Below the pieces are notes generated by a model. It was not told the origin of the DNA, searched no databases, and saw only the letters and a list, made by a program, of their open reading frames with translations. From Takakia lepidozioides (taxonomy: Eukaryota; Plantae; Bryophyta), in the NCBI GenBank assembly GCA_030704615.1, contig CM060732.1, positions 40,548,001-40,612,000 of the forward strand: a stretch of 64,000 bases of DNA. The letters run 5' to 3'. Positions 60,301 to 64,000 of this stretch are shown piece by piece. The position numbers were made by a program, and so were the translations under genes. Numbering within the stretch: the first letter of the stretch is position 1; the number at the start of each line of letters is the position of its first letter.

Positions 60301-63300
60301 TATGGGACACAAGATAGCAAGACACAAGGGAAAAAGTGGGGCCCAAAACCTGGTCCTTAATATAGAGAGATTCTGTACATTTGAGAGCCTCATGCAGATA
60401 TGCAGCCAGTCATCTCTGCTCCTCACAACGAAAAACCTGTCAGGGATTGGCTATCTCTGAAGAGGCGGTAGTAGTGGCCGTGGAGTTTGTAGTAGAGCGG
60501 ACAGTGAAAGAGGATATGTTACTAAGTCTCAATCTTGTCTGTCCTCCCTGGCACAGTATGGGCGTAAGTGTTGAGCACCTTTCAGGTTGTCTTGTCTTCC
60601 CAACTCCATTCTCAGACTGTGGGATCCCACCCTGGATAACGCAGTAGAGAGAAAGAAATTTTACAAAGTCTGAGGGAAAGACAGGTGGACAGCCAAGGTA
60701 CGCATATGCGGACAACAGAATTCAGGCCTTATTATAGGGATATCTCATCTTTGAAGGACCCAATGTAAAGCCAGAAATACACATACCAGCGTGTTCTGAA
60801 CAAGAGGAAGATCGACCCTTGCTACATTGTTGAGAACCTTGAGAGCACTTGTAGCCACTTCTTCAAAGTTGGATGGGAGTTCACTTGCTGCCTGTGTCAA
60901 GTCCAACTCAGGTTAATCAACCCTACATGTTTAAGCAAGAATGCCGAAGAAGTATGACAGCATTCCTACACCAAGTTTCTTGGAACCATCCATAGGTAGA
61001 TGTGACTGAACCAATCCTCAGTTTTTCTGAAAGGAAATGTTCATTTCACTGAAGGATTCCCCAAGAATGTAAGGAGAATTCCTGGCTGCTGTAGGTGCCC
61101 AACAGGAGCACTTTTGGTAGTGACATCAACCTATGTTCCAAGAATTGAGCTTGTGGATTGATAATCTTTCTCAAGGTTTTCCTTCCCATTTGCATGTACA
61201 ATTTTGGAACGCTGAACCACACCAACTAACCTTCATCTAGATTGTCCACACAAAGGTAAGTCCCACTACAAGAGTGAGCCACAAAGGTAGTGTCTGCTCC
61301 ATTTGTTCCGCCCATACTGGGCGTGGGGTCTATGGCCACAAGGCTACGGCAAACAACATCTTATGAGTATATCTTCATCTAGATCAACTAGAAAACACAA
61401 TTTAGCCAACTGGTTGTTACCTGCTCTGCAGAAGATCGTGGATTAGCTCGAAGAACAAGAACTGTTAGCAAGGAGGGGAGTCCGATCAGCCCAGTCTCAG
61501 AAAAAGCTGCCACCACAGATGTGGCAGACCTATTAAGGTTTATTGATGCATTTGACCTTATCACAGGTTTCGGAGTTGCTCCTGTTATACCTGTTCTATT
61601 AAGTTTCTCCATGTTCTTGTCCTTCTCACCGTCATTCATTTTTTCTCCTCCTTCCTCAGTGACTTGAGTTTCAATGACCTGCAACCTATGTACCAATATG
61701 TTGACAGGTGCCGCATGAGCTGCTGAGAGAGTTTTCCCTCTTGGTCCTGTCAAGGTCTCCAACAACTTGAGGCCCAAAAAAACTGGGCCTCCAATTAAGC
61801 CACCCTGAAAAGACTGATCAAGTAGAACAAACATGTTACGAAGACGGTGAAGAATTTCATATGCCACAATCAAATCTGCCAAATCTTCTTGCATATCCAG
61901 TTGGCGCTCATCAGTGCAGGCATGGCCCATAATAGCTGTAATCGACCACAATAGGCCTTCCAGCACCTCTCGCATTATATCCACCCTCTGATCACTGGAC
62001 TGCTCTTGAGAGCTGTCCTTTCCACTGCTAGGAGCATCTTTCAAGGCACCTGAAACTCCCTTGAAGCCAGGAGAAATATCATTGAAGCTTCTGACACTAG
62101 CAGCGTTGGTGCCTGGGTCTATCGTGAAGAATCCTACGGTGCTAAAGGTCTGCAGACCTGCAGAGAGCATAGGGATGAAAGGAGGTAGGAGGTTGCGGGT
62201 AATAAAGTAACTGCGGTTGGCCGGAAGGGACAGAAGAACGCTCTGCACTCGCAGCAGCGCTACTGTCATGTGCGTGGGTTCTCGCTTTGAAGTTTGGGAA
62301 GCCGGGAGTGATGTCGCAATGTAATCAAGAAGGCCTTGGTGACGAGCTGCATGGAGCTCAGGTTCTTTATCCTTCAGGCTCTGCAGAAGTGGAGAAACCA
62401 ACAGAACCAGAGTGAGGACTAAAATAGTAGTACTGTCTGAAGGGAAGATCATAGTCAATGTTGCAAAGCTGTAACCAGTAACGTTCAGTATCACAACCAC
62501 TAAGGGAAGTAAAATATCTTGAGAAGGGTTGGAAGGGGTCCAGCTTCTTATTTTGGCAGAACAAATAGGGCCCTGCAAAAAATGCATAGGAAGTTGCATA
62601 CTTCAATAAATTGCAAGTTTGCCTCTGCCTGTGAAGACATCTTGCCAAATCTCTTGGTAATGACAACTCTTAGGTAGATTGACTTTAATACTTCTTCTGC
62701 TTCCATATGAATCTCTCTGGGGAATCAGCCAAGTGCGGGGATTATACACACCTTACTCTAGGAACAGGAATAAGAGCTACACACATACACATGTGGAAAG
62801 GAAACCTAAATGTACAACATGACTCTACCTTCACAATGTCAGCAATGATGAGCCTGCTTGCAAGAGAATTCCCATGTTTCCTAGTTTCCTGCAGACGTCC
62901 AAGATCTTGCATCCACCTACCAATCTTGGACTGAGCCCCCCCTGCAAATGATGTTGAGCAACAGAAGCAGCTGATCTGTTAGAACTGACCATTGTATCAC
63001 CCCTTGTTGCCACTGTTTGACAATGGTATTTCTGAGAACTTGAAAGTGCTTGGACACGCATTTAAGATGGGATAGGTCAAGTCAGCAAACTCTTGCTATC
63101 CGCACACTCCTGGATTAATCATTATATCTCCTGCTGACTTCTTATATATGCTTCACCGGGAAAAGCTAATTTATCATCCCATCAGTTTTCTACCTTTTGT
63201 CTTTCACTAGCTGTAGTATGCAGTCGTAAATCAGCACCTCTCAGATGTCTATCATGGCTTCAATGCTACTAATCATACAGAAGATACAAGCATGTAAGAG

Positions 63301-64000
63301 AATCAGAGACCCCAAGCTTGAAGTTTGGATCACACCTGCAATAGTTGCAGGGCGGATCCCAAATCCTCCTACTCCGGGGGAGGGCTCAACAAACTGTGCT
63401 TTCTTCGATGCCAATCTTTGGCGTATTTTCTTCACCCTCTTCTTAAAAGCCTGCTTATGCAGACAAATGCAGTTGGAGTTAGGAACCAGGGTGATCAACC
63501 CTTCGTCAACCTGGCCTAGGGCACTGGTTGTCAATTTCCCCAAAACCCCTTCCCTGTTAGTAGTTAGTTCAGCTCCAATGATGTGTTCAGGAGCTATTTT
63601 TTCTCTCCTTGATGAACACAAAGCTGAAGGTGATGCACACTCCCCCCATCTTGTCGGCGACTCAAGTTGCATCTCCCGGTTGGGTTTGTCTTGTTTATCA
63701 AGATTTATCATTGCATACTCCTTGATTTTCTCCAGGTAGAGTTTTCGGCGAAGTGCACTCTCTCTCAACCTCTCTTCCAACTTCTGCCCCACTAACTGAC
63801 TTTCCTCCAGTTGAGCTTTCACAGGAACTTTCTTCTGTTCAACGTGCTCTACTTCCCGACCCTCCCTGGCAGCACTGGCAGCTTTTCTTTCCTCTTCTCT
63901 CCTTACTTTATCCTCCTGTTTCCTGCACTCGGCCTCAACAATTCGATTCAATCTCTCTGCTTCCAGCACCCGCTGCCGTTCCAGAGAGGCTTCCTCCCTT
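57311..64000 (-). CDS. SCAPER: SCAPER-like protein (S-phase cyclin A-associated protein in the ER), 5'-partial; exons >64000-63336, 62941-62829, 62380-61421, 60891-60787, 58576-58487, 58321-58211, 58000-57311
   Basis: Coiled-coil ERLRESALRRKLYLEKIKE, KKRVKKIRQRL, KIGRW, EPELHAARHQGLLDYIA, LPSNFEEVAT..LKVLNN, HPGNQAVLRWGKTPTILHK, CDLPFAFFSDP.L.PIL.GTL...CYG.E.N..VVQQELS, NRFP. In-frame GT-AG joins. Confidence 0.88.
58617..59715 (-). mobile_element. RTE/RTEX-like LINE fragment with reverse-transcriptase remnant (in a SCAPER intron)
   Basis: TCFVDF*KAFDS, GVKHGCPSSPTLF, LYAPD (decayed YADD), NLNKTKTMVF, YTYLGVIF; (CATTT)n-like tail. Confidence 0.85.
59719..60255 (-). mobile_element. RTE/RTEX-like LINE 3' fragment (second in tandem)
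   Basis: LGKFRVGSHSLRIQTGR..RLCLAC..ESEEHFFFHCPFY C-terminal zinc-binding motif; (CATTT)n tail. Confidence 0.85.
60262..60720 (-). mobile_element. RTE/RTEX-like LINE 3' fragment (third in tandem)
   Basis: Homologous to the preceding copy (GGATCCCACAGTCTGAG..CACTGTCCGCTCTAC on the minus strand); (TTTC)n tail. Confidence 0.75.

Overview
Eukaryotic plant nuclear DNA (GT-AG introns, a PLS-DYW PPR gene, PAL, pectin methylesterases). It is most likely from a non-seed land plant such as a bryophyte, lycophyte or fern; this is inference. Genes from left to right: (1) a partial group-1 pectin methylesterase (PME, - strand, runs off the left edge); (2) an intronless cluster-I diacylglycerol kinase; (3, 4) two complete 5-exon PMEs; (5) a GNAT-acetyltransferase + tandem-BRCT gene (At2g41450/BCP2-like, -); (6) a PLS-E-DYW RNA-editing PPR gene, divergent from it; (7) a 4-exon phenylalanine ammonia-lyase; (8) the 3' part of a SCAPER-like gene (-, runs off the right edge). 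Two TE-rich islands (about 2.4-12.8 kb and 46-56 kb) and several introns hold a decayed two-gene PIF/Harbinger element, an orphan host exon, tRNA-derived SINEs, RTE/RTEX-like and L1 LINE fragments, TA-TSD, hAT and Tourist-like MITEs, and an intronic foldback element. The most unusual feature is a 1.48-kb element with TTAA target duplication and CCCC...GGGG termini, a piggyBac-like signature not expected in land plants. All assignments were made by eye and from recalled motifs; no database search was run.
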